Source: a plasmid
Strand: one strand, 5' to 3'
Sequence record: NZ_CP019922.1
Length of the DNA: 16,800 nt
The notes beneath the pieces are model-generated. The model was not told the origin of the DNA and did not search any database. It saw nothing but the letters and a program-made list of their open reading frames with translations. Position 1 is the stretch's first letter. Each line of letters begins with the position of its first letter. Both the position numbers and the translations under genes were made by a program. Positions 1 through 8,689 of the stretch are shown here, piece after piece.

Positions 1-906
1 TTACTTATAATAGCTATATACTACGAAATATACAAAAGAAAAATATATAAATGCCGTTTATATAAAATTACTTGGATTAGAAAAACAGGGAAAATTATTT
101 CCTATAAACCATCAAAAAATATAAAAACTTTCAAAAAGTATGAGGGAAAAAGTATTAATTTACATCCCCCCAAAAGAAAAAATTTGAAAATATTTTATAA
201 CACCAAACTTTTAAAAAGTAACAACCCTAACAAATATTTTCTCAAGTGCAATCTATTAAAATTGGTCAAAATGCCATAACGTTTGAAGAGCTTGCAATCA
301 AATATATAAAAATCCAATAATATTGCCTAGCAAATCTTATTATTTTAAAATTTTAAAAAAACAAATCCTAACTATGTCTTAAATCTGGATCAATATAATT
401 TATTTAAAACATTAAATAAAGATTATATAGATAATATACTTATTATTTTTAATTCAAAGCCTAGAAGAGAAAAAAAGAATGCCCATTAAATGTAACAAGA
501 TAAGTAAAAAAGAGGAAACAAAAAAATTTTTTGTGTGGAAATTTTTCAAAAAAATAACATAGTTAAAAAGGCATTTAAAAACACTCTCAAATATTAAAAT
601 TATAACATGCATTTATATAAATGCTACAGAACTATCGATAAACAAAAATGGAATTTTTTAAAAATTGAGATAGACTAAAATTGAAGGAGAATTAAAATTT
701 TTATGACAGCAATAATCGTGTATTCATGCTTGACTATGTGTGTAATATATTTTCACTTGCAACTAAAAACATTTTTCACAAAATTAATCAGATTTTGTAA
801 AAAATGTTTTGATATTTTTTTATTATTAATAGAAATGTTAAAATTAATTTTTTATCTATTAATTATTAATAATAAGTTTTATATATTTATTATAATATCA
901 ATAGCT

Positions 907-956
907 TTAATTACAATCAATACAATGATTTAACTTATTGTATTGATTGTAATTAA
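907..956. repeat. Perfect 20-bp inverted repeat with a 10-nt spacer (TTAATTACAATCAATACAAT - GATTTAACTT - ATTGTATTGATTGTAATTAA)
   Basis: Exact reverse-complement arms read from the sequence. No flanking U-run. It lies at the upstream edge of repeat copy A. Confidence 0.85.
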
Positions 957-974
957 GCCAAATGTATCCAACAA

Positions 975-2340
975 GCTAACTACTATTTCTAAATCAAAGA
1001 TCATTAAAATAACTTATTGCTTCATCTCATATGATAACTTTTTAAATTATTTTTTATTAAGACCGGCCATCCGCCAAAACATAATCCCCCAAACCTTACT
1101 TTAGGAAGTTCTTACCTTGGTTTTTTATTTCTTTATAAAAAGAAAGTCTTAAGATTTAAAATTGCATTTAAATCTCTATCATACATATTGAAACTTTACT
1201 AAAACATTCCTTTTTGTATAAAATTAATTGATTAAATTCCCTATCATTATGTTTTTATAATTGACTAAAAAGTAATAAGACAATTTACATAAAAAGTCTT
1301 TTCTTTGAATTTAATTTAAACTTTTCTTATACAAATTAGCAACCCTTAATCTAGATTTAACTCTATTAATAGCGCCCTTTGTCTTTTTAATAGTTTTCTT
1401 CCAGTATTTTTAAGTTTACTTTTATTTTTTATAAATATTTAGAATGATTGTTTTTTTACTTTCACGACTCTTTTTTATTATTTTTTTTATTGTTATTTTT
1501 AATATTTAAGCTCTCAACTACTACTGAAATATAATATTTATTATCGGTATTTTTTCTACTACTAAATTTTTAATAACTTTATTATTATAATGATCCTATG
1601 TAGACATAACTTTACAAATCCTATTTTAGATAAGCTTTATATTCATTTTCTATTCTTATTGGGTTTTTCATTTTATATTTAGGAAATCCTTACGTTTTGC
1701 TTCCCTTTTTAATTTATCTAAAAAATTATTATCTGCGAGGCTTTAATCAATCCATGCACAAAAAAGAGTTAAAGTATTAATCTCCTTTAAGAGTGAAAAT
1801 TTATTTTTATATTTGCCTAGATTAATGCTAAAACTTTTCTTGTTTTTTTATAAGAATCTTTCCTATCACTTAACATTTTGTCATACAAAAATCTTACAAA
1901 TCTAAATACTTTTAAAAATTTTTTTGATTAGTGTTAGAATATATTCTGTTTTTACAAACTTTATCGGCACTTATATACTCTATTATTTTATAATAATTAC
2001 TTAGTGTATATAGAAATGAGATAGCTTTTAATAATCACTGCATATATTTAGTTAATTATCCCCCCCCCCCGAGTACTAGTTACTAACCATAGACACAAAT
2101 GATGAGCTTATGCCCTGTCTCACAAAATAATACTTTTATATTCCTTATGGAAAATAACCATTAATGAATTAAATTGCAATAAAGATCACATTGCCAATAT
2201 TCAATCTTCTAAATTCATCAATAATTTAATACAATATCTTCATCAAAGCTTATAAGAAAAAATATTCTAATTATTTATGCATTGCTGAAAATCTTATTTT
2301 TAATCTAAAAACTACTGACTTATTTATACTAGAGAGAAAG
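975..2340. repeat. Degenerate dispersed repeat, copy A (pseudogene-remnant family), immediately downstream of the partition cassette
   Basis: Shares ordered blocks with copies B, C and D, at about 70-80% identity with indels. One block is 'TAAGATTTAAAATTGCATTTAAATCT' (1150-1175). Another is 'ATCTTACAAATCTAAATACTTTTAAAAA' (about 1888-1916). A third is 'TTCTAAATTCATCAATAA' (about 2205-2225). Stop-riddled in all frames. Confidence 0.7.
2060..2070. repeat. C11 homopolymer tract
   Basis: 'ATTATCCCCCCCCCCCGAGTACTAGT' is an 11-nt poly-C run in about 27% GC DNA, inside repeat copy A. Confidence 0.9.
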
Positions 2341-2482
2341 TTTTTCCGATATGATCAAAAAGCATATTCGGAATCAAAATAAATCCATTTACTAACAAAT
2401 TCATATCTACCTAAATTTCACAGAAATCATAGGTAGATAATTCTTTATTATTTTTTTGTTAAAAATTTAAATAACAAAATTA

Positions 2483-2752
2483 TTATTTTTTAGAAGCTTC
2501 TATATATTCCATAATTAAAGTTCTTATAAAACCAGAAGCTGTTAATCCCTTTTTGTCTAAAATAGAATAAAATTCAATCCAATATTCATATTTCAGTCCT
2601 ACACTTATTTGCTTGATCGTCATTTTTGATCTAATAGGCTTAACATTTGGAATGTTATTGCTAATAACATCATTATCACGAAAAGCAAATTTAGATTTGC
2701 TAACATTTTGTTTAATAATTTCTTCTAAATTAACCTCTTTGCTTATAGGCAT
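2483..2752 (-). CDS. Small (89 aa) putative ribbon-helix-helix DNA-binding protein, ParA partner (ParG/PF49-like, possibly a truncated paralog)
   Basis: The ATG at 2752 overlaps the parA stop by 10 nt, indicating translational coupling. The C-terminal half 'KQISVGLKYEYWIEFYSILDKKGLTASGFIRTLIMEY' fits a beta-strand / helix / G-x-T-x-S / helix RHH pattern. A basic, disordered-looking N-terminal tail resembles type Ib centromere-binding proteins. Confidence 0.55.
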   Translation of the reverse strand: MPISKEVNLEEIIKQNVSKSKFAFRDNDVISNNIPNVKPIRSKMTIKQISVGLKYEYWIEFYSILDKKGLTASGFIRTLIMEYIEASKK

Positions 2753-3483
2753 AAAGCATCTCCCAATCTTGAAAGTTCTAAGACAGATCTACTCTCCGGA
2801 TAATAATCAAAAATCGACTTCTTATATAGCTGAGATTCTGCTATTTTAGCATCTTGTCCAACCTCATAAAGATCATATCCAAAAGTTTTAAATTGCCTTA
2901 GATGCAAATTATGTCTTTTAAAACTTTTATTAAGCATATTGCAAATAATCTTCTCATGTTTAACCTTTTTTCTATAAGATTTTAACAAAGACTCAAACTC
3001 TTCTTTAAAAATATTAATTCCTTCAAGGCTTAAAAATTCTGGGGTCAGTGGAGTAATAACTTCACACATTGCAAGAATAATTCTTCGCTCCCAAAGCTCA
3101 AAACTGGGAGATAAATCAAAAATTGCAAATTCAAATCCCAATTTCTCCAATTCCAAACAAAAATCATCTATCAAATATGGAAAATCTTGCAATTCATGTT
3201 GCACATCTCTTCTAAAAGTTCCACTCGGCACACATGGCAAAATATAAAAATTTTTTTGTATTTGTCTTACTACTTGATCTACATCCATCTTCTTCAAAAG
3301 AAAATCTTTAATATCCAGCTTAAGAATTTCATGATTAAGAAACCATGTAGAAGAACTTGCTTGCTGTATATCACAATCAACTAATATAACTTTTTTTGTT
3401 TTAGATAAATAACTTGCAATATTTCCGCTTAAGGTAGTTTTCCCAACACCACCTTTTTGAATATGAAATGCTATTTTTTTCAT
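2743..3483 (-). CDS. parA: ParA-family plasmid partition ATPase (Borrelia PF32-type), 246 aa
   Basis: N-terminal deviant Walker A motif 'KGGVGKTT' (MKKIAFHIQKGGVGKTTLSG...). Length and overall sequence are typical of Borrelia PF32 ParA paralogs. ATG start with RBS 'AAGGAAG' about 8 nt upstream. The TAA stop overlaps the start of the next ORF. Confidence 0.9.
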   Translation of the reverse strand: MKKIAFHIQKGGVGKTTLSGNIASYLSKTKKVILVDCDIQQASSSTWFLNHEILKLDIKDFLLKKMDVDQVVRQIQKNFYILPCVPSGTFRRDVQHELQDFPYLIDDFCLELEKLGFEFAIFDLSPSFELWERRIILAMCEVITPLTPEFLSLEGINIFKEEFESLLKSYRKKVKHEKIICNMLNKSFKRHNLHLRQFKTFGYDLYEVGQDAKIAESQLYKKSIFDYYPESRSVLELSRLGDALCL

Positions 3484-3665
3484 ACAAACTTCCTTTTAAT
3501 TATTTTATATCACATATTAATTATTTTATATCACATATTAATTATTTTATATCACATATTAATTATTTTATATCACATATTAATTATTTTATATCACATA
3601 TTAATTATTTTATATCACATATTAATTATTTTATATCACATATTAATTACTTTAATCTCTACCTA
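3484..3665 (-). promoter_or_regulatory. Candidate centromere-like (parC/parS-type) iteron array and autoregulated promoter of the parA-RHH operon
   Basis: The iterons fill the entire space where the parA promoter must lie. On the coding strand each unit reads '...TGTGATATAAAAT...', an extended -10-like element (TGnTATAAA), so protein binding would occlude the promoter. This arrangement matches type Ib partition loci. The call is an inference. Confidence 0.4.
3498..3665. repeat. Tandem direct repeat: 7 perfect 21-bp units 'AATTATTTTATATCACATATT' plus 1 degenerate unit
   Basis: 'CACATATT' recurs at exactly 21-bp spacing, starting at 3511, 3532, 3553, 3574, 3595, 3616 and 3637. An eighth diverged unit lies at 3645-3665. 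The array starts 14 bp upstream of the parA ATG. Confidence 0.95.
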
Positions 3666-3724
3666 TGAAGCCCCTTTCACAAAATTTTTTAATGAATTAG
3701 ATCTGATGTGGCCTTAAAAGCTAG

Positions 3725-4800
3725 CAAACTACTATCTCTATATTCACGGCTTTTGTCTCATTCTACGATAACTTTTTAGTTCTTTTTATATCTTATTTTC
3801 ACACCAATAGCATGATTAACAAGCCTAAATTCGGAAAATTCCTGTCTTAGCTTTTATTTCTTTATAGCAATAAAACTTAAGATTTAGAATTGCATTTATA
3901 TCTTTATTATACAAAACGCTGTAAGTTTACCTAGCACCACTTAATTTTAGAATTGTATTTTTAACACCACAATTACAAATAGCTTGCTTGATGAAAAATA
4001 TATACCTACTTTATACAAAAAGGATCCATACCATTCTGATTTATACTATAATCGTCTTACAAGTTTATAACATCCTAAATTATTAATACTTTACCCAAAC
4101 ATTCACATATCTTTAATTAATAAGTTCTCTATTGCTATATTTTTATAAATAACTATAAAGCAAAAAATACCTTGTGTAAAAAGGTTTTTTGATTTACAAT
4201 TTTCTCATGTAACTTAGTAATTCTTAATATAGATTTAGCTCCATTAATAGAAGTTTTTTGTTTTTTTGATAATTTTTTTAGTATTCTTTAAGTTTATTTT
4301 CGTTGTTTTTTTATTATTAGCTTTAAAAGCTTGCTTATTTTTCTTGCTCTTATGTTTAAGAAATCCTTGTGTTCTATCCCTCTTTAAATTTCTCTAAAAG
4401 AATTTATATATAGAGCTTAAGTCAATCCATGCATACAAAAGGCCAAACTATAAACTTTTTTTAGCAATAGAAGCTCTTATTTATATTTATTTGAACAAGT
4501 AATAAGATTTTGCTTATTTTTTTTAATAAAAATCTATCTTGCCGCTTTAACACTGTATTATATAAAAATCCTACACATCTAAATACTTTTAAAAAGTATT
4601 TCTTTTGGTTGGTGTTAAAATATATTCTGTACTTATAAATGCCAACCTTCTCTTTGCCAAATAATACTTATTTTATGTTCTTTATAGAAAAAAGAACTTT
4701 TATTAAAAAAATTTAAATTATGATAAAAATAAAATTCATTTATCACCAGAATTTACTTACAATATTTAACCTTCTAAATTAATTAATAATCTAAAAACGG
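3725..4800. repeat. Degenerate dispersed repeat, copy B (with internal sub-duplication), immediately upstream of the iteron array
   Basis: Same orientation as copy A. Block 'TAAGATTTAGAATTGCATTTATATCT' (3878-3903), a second sub-copy at about 4050-4330, and 'CTACACATCTAAATACTTTTAAAAAG' (about 4575-4600) are all co-linear with copy A. Confidence 0.7.
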
Positions 4801-4960
4801 CACCTAAGCTATTGTCTTATCTATATTAGAAGCCTCTACCGATATCATAAAAAGTATATTCAGAGCTAAAAATAAATCTATTTTACAAACCTACCCCCCG
4901 CCCAAATTTATTTTGAAATTTAGGCGGGCAATTCTTCATTATTCTTTATTAAATTTATAA

Positions 4961-4995
4961 AAAGTCCTAAGAAATTTCTCTCTTAAGGACTTTTT
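4961..4995. terminator. Bidirectional terminator-like hairpin (GTCCTAAGA / TCTTAAGGAC) flanked by A5 and T5 runs
   Basis: A 9-10 bp stem with one bulge and an 8-nt loop, followed by TTTTT on the plus strand and preceded by AAAAA, which gives a U-run on the minus strand. No adjacent upstream ORF, so its role is unclear. Confidence 0.3.
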
Positions 4996-5077
4996 ATAAA
5001 TGGTTAAAGGTTAAAGATAAGTTAAAATCTACAACAGTTTAGAAAAAAAACAAAATTAAAAATATTTTTTTTATTTA

Positions 5078-5121
5078 TACTATGTATTAATTGATATATA
5101 ATATCAATTAATACATAGTAT
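5078..5121. promoter_or_regulatory. Near-perfect palindrome (about 20-bp arms, 3-bp centre) overlapping the promoter of the 5155 ORF; candidate operator
   Basis: 'TACTATGTATTAATTGATAT-ATA-ATATCAATTAATACATAGTA' ends about 30 bp upstream of the ATG. A -10-like 'TATATTATA' follows it. Confidence 0.45.
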
Positions 5122-5154
5122 TATATTATATTAATATATTTTTAAAGGATAAAA

Positions 5155-5817
5155 ATGCAAAAAGAAATAACAATAAACTATAATGAATATACAATTGGGG
5201 GCATAAAAGGAACTTTCTTTGGAAATTCTCAATATGAAGCTAATTATCGAGCAAAAATAAATGGCTTTATAATTGACTTTTTTAAAATTCCCATAAGTTT
5301 AAAGAAAAAATATGAACTTAATATTAAAGCCCTTAGTGATCCTAATTTTTCATCCACAAATATTGCAATGAATTGCATAAATACTTTCAAGCTTATAGTT
5401 GATATTGTTAATATGCAAACCGGTGAAAATTACGATTATGACACATTTATTACCAAAACAGACACAGAAAAAATGCTTAAATATGGAACAAAAATAATTG
5501 CCGCACTAGCAAGGCACTTCGACGAACAAAACAAAACCAACTTTAATGAAAGCTATTATGAATGGGAAAAAGGCTGGATAGATAAAAAATGGATAAATTA
5601 TGAACCAACTGCAGAAGAAATTAAAGAAATTCAAATAATGAATCAAAAATTAAATCCTTTAAAACTCAAACATAGAAAAAAAAACCTTAATAACGGCCAA
5701 ATAAGGCTTTTACAAGCCATCAATAAAATTGAAGATCAATCACAACAACAGGCTACTAAATCAAATAGCAAAACTAAAAAATTAAAAGGAAATCATGGGG
5801 AAAAAACCAAAATTTAA
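5155..5817 (+). CDS. Hypothetical basic protein, 220 aa (possibly a BBD18-like lp17 regulator; identity not verified)
   Basis: Clean ATG with RBS 'AAAGGAT' 4-10 nt upstream. Very long ORF for AT-rich DNA. Lys-rich C-terminus. A terminator-like hairpin lies downstream. The position relative to PF32 and PF57/62 recalls bbd18 of lp17; this is from memory only. Confidence 0.6.
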   Translation: MQKEITINYNEYTIGGIKGTFFGNSQYEANYRAKINGFIIDFFKIPISLKKKYELNIKALSDPNFSSTNIAMNCINTFKLIVDIVNMQTGENYDYDTFITKTDTEKMLKYGTKIIAALARHFDEQNKTNFNESYYEWEKGWIDKKWINYEPTAEEIKEIQIMNQKLNPLKLKHRKKNLNNGQIRLLQAINKIEDQSQQQATKSNSKTKKLKGNHGEKTKI

Positions 5818-5922
5818 CATTTTACTTAAAAGCGTTTAATTTTATTTATTATTATTAAATAATATTTACAAAATTAAAAAAATAAAATATTATATATGTA
5901 AGGTAGAAAACGATCTACCAAT

Positions 5923-5982
5923 AGTCCCCAACACCCCTATTAATCCTCTCCAAATAAGATCGGGGGTAGGGACTTCTTTTTT
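5923..5982 (+). terminator. Putative rho-independent terminator downstream of the 5155-5817 gene
   Basis: GC-containing imperfect stem (AGTCCCC...GGGGTAGGGACT), unusual in this AT-rich context, followed by 'TCTTTTTT'. Confidence 0.35.
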
Positions 5983-6104
5983 AAAAAAATAAAAACTAAA
6001 ATATTTGGTGCCTAAATTAATAAGTTTATAGCAAATAAGAAAAATGAAAATCTAAAAAACATAAATTAACTAAAAATTTGCATTGTGAATATAAAATTTT
6101 AACA

Positions 6105-6575
6105 ATGCTTTAAGATTTAAATTACTATTTCTAAATCAAAGATTATAGAAACAAATCCTCGATTTATTTCATGGCAGCTTTCTAAACTATTTAAAAGAAC
6201 AGTATTTACCAATACATGATCTAGCCTTACTTAAGGCAGCTCCTGTCTTAGCTTTTATTTCTTTATAAATAAGACTTAAGATTTGGATTTGAATTTAGAT
6301 TTCTATCACTTAGAACTACAACTGCCAAAAGGCCAACTGGTTTCTCTTAATTTTAGAGTTGTATTTTTAATACCATAATTACTACATAGTTTACTTAATA
6401 GGAAACATCTATCTGCTTTATGTAAATAAAATCCATAACAACTTAATTTATATAATAATTATCTTGCGACTCTCTATACCACCATAAACCACCAATACTT
6501 TTCTTTTGCTATACAAAAATCTTACAGATCTAAATACTTTTGAAAATTTCTTTTGGGTTTAGAATATCAATAATT
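6105..6575. repeat. Degenerate dispersed repeat, copy C
   Basis: 'CTAAATCAAAGATTATAGAAA' (about 6128), 'TAAGATTTGGATTTGAATTTAGATTTCT' (6278-6305) and 'ATCTTACAGATCTAAATACTTTTGAAAA' (about 6520-6550) lie in the same order and orientation as in copies A and B. Confidence 0.7.
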
Positions 6576-6913
6576 AATTTTCAATTTTTATTTAAAAGAA
6601 TGATAATAATTTAATGCATTATTTAGGGTTTATGAAATAATATTTTTGCATTTCTTATTCGTTTATATTTCTTTATAAGAATATATAATTTTGTTCGAAT
6701 TCTGCTTTAAAAAATGGTTAATTTAGAATATAATTCTAATGGCTAAAATGCTAAAAATGGATATAAATTTGGACTAATTTTATTATATTGAAAAACAAAT
6801 TATCTGTATATACTACAATAATGCTTAACTTTAAATTTTTAAAATGTGTTTACTTGTGCTTTATGGTTTTTGTAAGGTTAATTTTAATAATCAAATTTAG
6901 GGGAAAGAAATTT

Positions 6914-7210
6914 ATGAATAGAAAATTTGTTATTTCATTATTATTTATAATATTAACTTTTTTATTAATATTGGGTTGTGATTTATCAATAAATAACGAT
7001 CGAAACAAGATAGATGGGGCTTCTCATTTTAAAAAGAAATATATGGATAATTTGAATTATCAATGTTTAAGCAAAAAAGAGTCTGAGGCTAAAAATTCTC
7101 AAATTAAACTGGATGAGAATAATAATAAAAATCATTTTTATTCTTCCAGAGTATCTAATGTTTCAAATTACTATGATAGAACTCATATATCTTGCAAAAA
7201 AAATGATTGA
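6914..7210 (+). CDS. Small lipoprotein, 98 aa
   Basis: Internal ATG of the listed 6788-7210 ORF, preceded by RBS 'AGGGGAAAG' about 8 nt upstream. The N-terminus 'MNRKFVISLLFIILTFLLILGC' is a classic spirochaetal lipoprotein signal with lipobox LILGC. Confidence 0.6.
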   Translation: MNRKFVISLLFIILTFLLILGCDLSINNDRNKIDGASHFKKKYMDNLNYQCLSKKESEAKNSQIKLDENNNKNHFYSSRVSNVSNYYDRTHISCKKND

Positions 7211-7421
7211 TTTTTTTTGAAAAATAAAAGCATGCTTTGTTTACAATCTGATTTTAAAAAATTTTAGTTTAGTTGGTAAATATGAGTTTTTCAGTGTCTT
7301 TTTAATAGAAATGCATATATATATATGAACTGTAAGAAAATATATTAAATGTTCCTAAAGTAAAAAAATTCTTAGAATAGGGCCTATATATAATAATACT
7401 TTTTATATATGTAAATAGCAA

Positions 7422-8534
7422 TTAATTTTGATTAATTTTAATTTTGCTGATTCTTTTAAAACCTTTACTGTTAGAAAAAATAATACTTACTCTTTTTTCG
7501 TTATTAATAATCTTTTTATTTTCTTTTTCATAATTACTTCTATATTGTTTTTTTAAATTTTTATTTAAAAACGTTTTTTTAAATCTTTTTTCCCAAATTT
7601 CATAAAAGTCATTTGTTCTGTCAGTTTTTCCATTCATCATCCATATTTTTTTACTATACTTATTTTTAAACTCTTTTATAAAATGATTTGAAATGTCTTC
7701 AATTTTATATTCTTCCTTATATTTTTCTATTGCCAACTTTAAGTTTCTTAATGCATTTATATAGGTTTTTTCATTGTTGCTTATTTTAAGTATTTTTGTT
7801 ATTTGCATTTTTTCTATTTTGTGAACTTCTACTAACTTGTTTGCAATATATTCTTTGTAAGAAATTTTATTTATTTTTCCATTATTTTTTTCTATAGAAT
7901 TCTCTATCTTATTTATACCTTTTATACCTTTAGGTATAACATCCGCAATTGATTCATCTGCAATTGAGCTTTTAGGTTTTATATTTCTTATATTATTCTT
8001 GTTTATAGTATTGTTGATTTCCTTGAAAAAATCAGATACTATTTTTTTATCTTTTAAATATTCTTTTATTTCTTTATTAATTGCTTCCTGAATAATTATA
8101 AAGCGGTGTTTCCAAAGATTTTTGTTTTGTATATAAAATGCAAAGCTTCCGTTATCTTTGCCTAAATGTTTTAGTTTGGTTTTTATTAAGAGTATTTGAT
8201 TTAAAAATGATATATCATATTCTAAGGTCCTGATTGATATTTTTTTATTATCTTTTGCAAGGCATTTATTAACTATATTATGTATTTCTATTGTGGAATA
8301 TGTTTTAAGTTTGTTAGATTTATAGTATTGTTTGTTTTTAAGGTCAATTGCCCAGCATACTTTGAGTATTCGTTGGTATATGGCTCTTTTTTTAGTTAAA
8401 TATGATTTTAGCCTTGAGCGTTTTAATTCTATTAAATTAGAGCTTGCGTTTTTTTGATTGTACTTTATAATTTCTTCTAATGTTATGAGATTATTAAAAT
8501 TTGTATTGACATTATTTTTTATTTTTATTATCAT
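7422..8534 (-). CDS. Borrelia PF57/62-type putative plasmid replication initiator, 370 aa
   Basis: Size, Lys/Asn-rich composition and overall sequence resemble Borrelia PF57/62 plasmid-maintenance paralogs. ATG start with RBS 'AGGATAAG'. It stands alone, without adjacent PF50, PF32 or PF49 genes. Confidence 0.75.
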   Translation of the reverse strand: MIIKIKNNVNTNFNNLITLEEIIKYNQKNASSNLIELKRSRLKSYLTKKRAIYQRILKVCWAIDLKNKQYYKSNKLKTYSTIEIHNIVNKCLAKDNKKISIRTLEYDISFLNQILLIKTKLKHLGKDNGSFAFYIQNKNLWKHRFIIIQEAINKEIKEYLKDKKIVSDFFKEINNTINKNNIRNIKPKSSIADESIADVIPKGIKGINKIENSIEKNNGKINKISYKEYIANKLVEVHKIEKMQITKILKISNNEKTYINALRNLKLAIEKYKEEYKIEDISNHFIKEFKNKYSKKIWMMNGKTDRTNDFYEIWEKRFKKTFLNKNLKKQYRSNYEKENKKIINNEKRVSIIFSNSKGFKRISKIKINQN

Positions 8535-8546
8535 TATCTTATCCTG

Positions 8547-8581
8547 GCTTCTGAAGTTAAATTTGTTGTGGTTTCAGAAGC
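8547..8581 (-). promoter_or_regulatory. Stem-loop in the leader of the PF57/62 gene, immediately upstream of the RBS
   Basis: 9-bp perfect arms 'GCTTCTGAA ... TTCAGAAGC' separated by 17 nt, located at -13 to -47 relative to the ATG on the coding strand. Confidence 0.4.
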
Positions 8582-8689
8582 TTTTTCAATTATTTGGCTT
8601 GCATTCTAAATTCTTACTGCATCACAAACGAAATAATTAGCTTTTTACTATATTCTATAGCAATGTTTTTAAAATGTCAATATGATAGA

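Noticed and set aside
1-30. Possible hairpin-telomere motifs at the window start (TATAAT at 6-11, TATACTA at 17-23)
   Set aside because: Relative to TATAAT, the box-3-like motif is in the wrong orientation compared with the Borrelia telomere consensus TATAAT...TAGTATA as I recall it. The offset is also wrong, and the other window end shows nothing telomere-like. This is most likely a chance AT-rich match.
345-490. Stop-free stretch of about 46 codons on the plus strand, '...NFKKTNPNYVLNLDQYNLFKTLNKDYIDNILIIFNSKPRREKKNAH'
   Set aside because: It is protein-like but short, with no start or RBS context. It is probably another pseudogene remnant and cannot be assigned.
703-933. ORF 703-933 (+), 76 aa
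   Set aside because: Highly hydrophobic, AT-codon-driven product. It ends in the 20-bp inverted repeat and sits in a region of decayed repeats, so it is probably a chance ORF.
2613-3384. Plus-strand ORFs 2613-2849 and 3187-3384
   Set aside because: They lie entirely antisense to the well-supported parA and RHH genes. They have hydrophobic, low-complexity products and no RBS.
3457-3717. ORFs 3457-3717 (+) and 3468-3668 (+) with 'ILYHIL' and 'NYFISHI' repeat proteins
   Set aside because: They are translations of the 21-bp tandem DNA repeat in two frames. They sit in the parA promoter region and are not plausible proteins.
6788-6913. The longer 140-aa version of the lipoprotein ORF starting at 6788
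   Set aside because: The lipoprotein signal peptide starts cleanly at the internal ATG at 6914, which has its own RBS. The upstream extension is hydrophobic junk without an RBS.
7226-7237. Palindrome AAAGCATGCTTT between the convergent lipoprotein and PF57/62 genes, considered as a bidirectional terminator
   Set aside because: The 12-bp palindrome has no loop and only a 6-bp stem, which is too weak to call a terminator with confidence.
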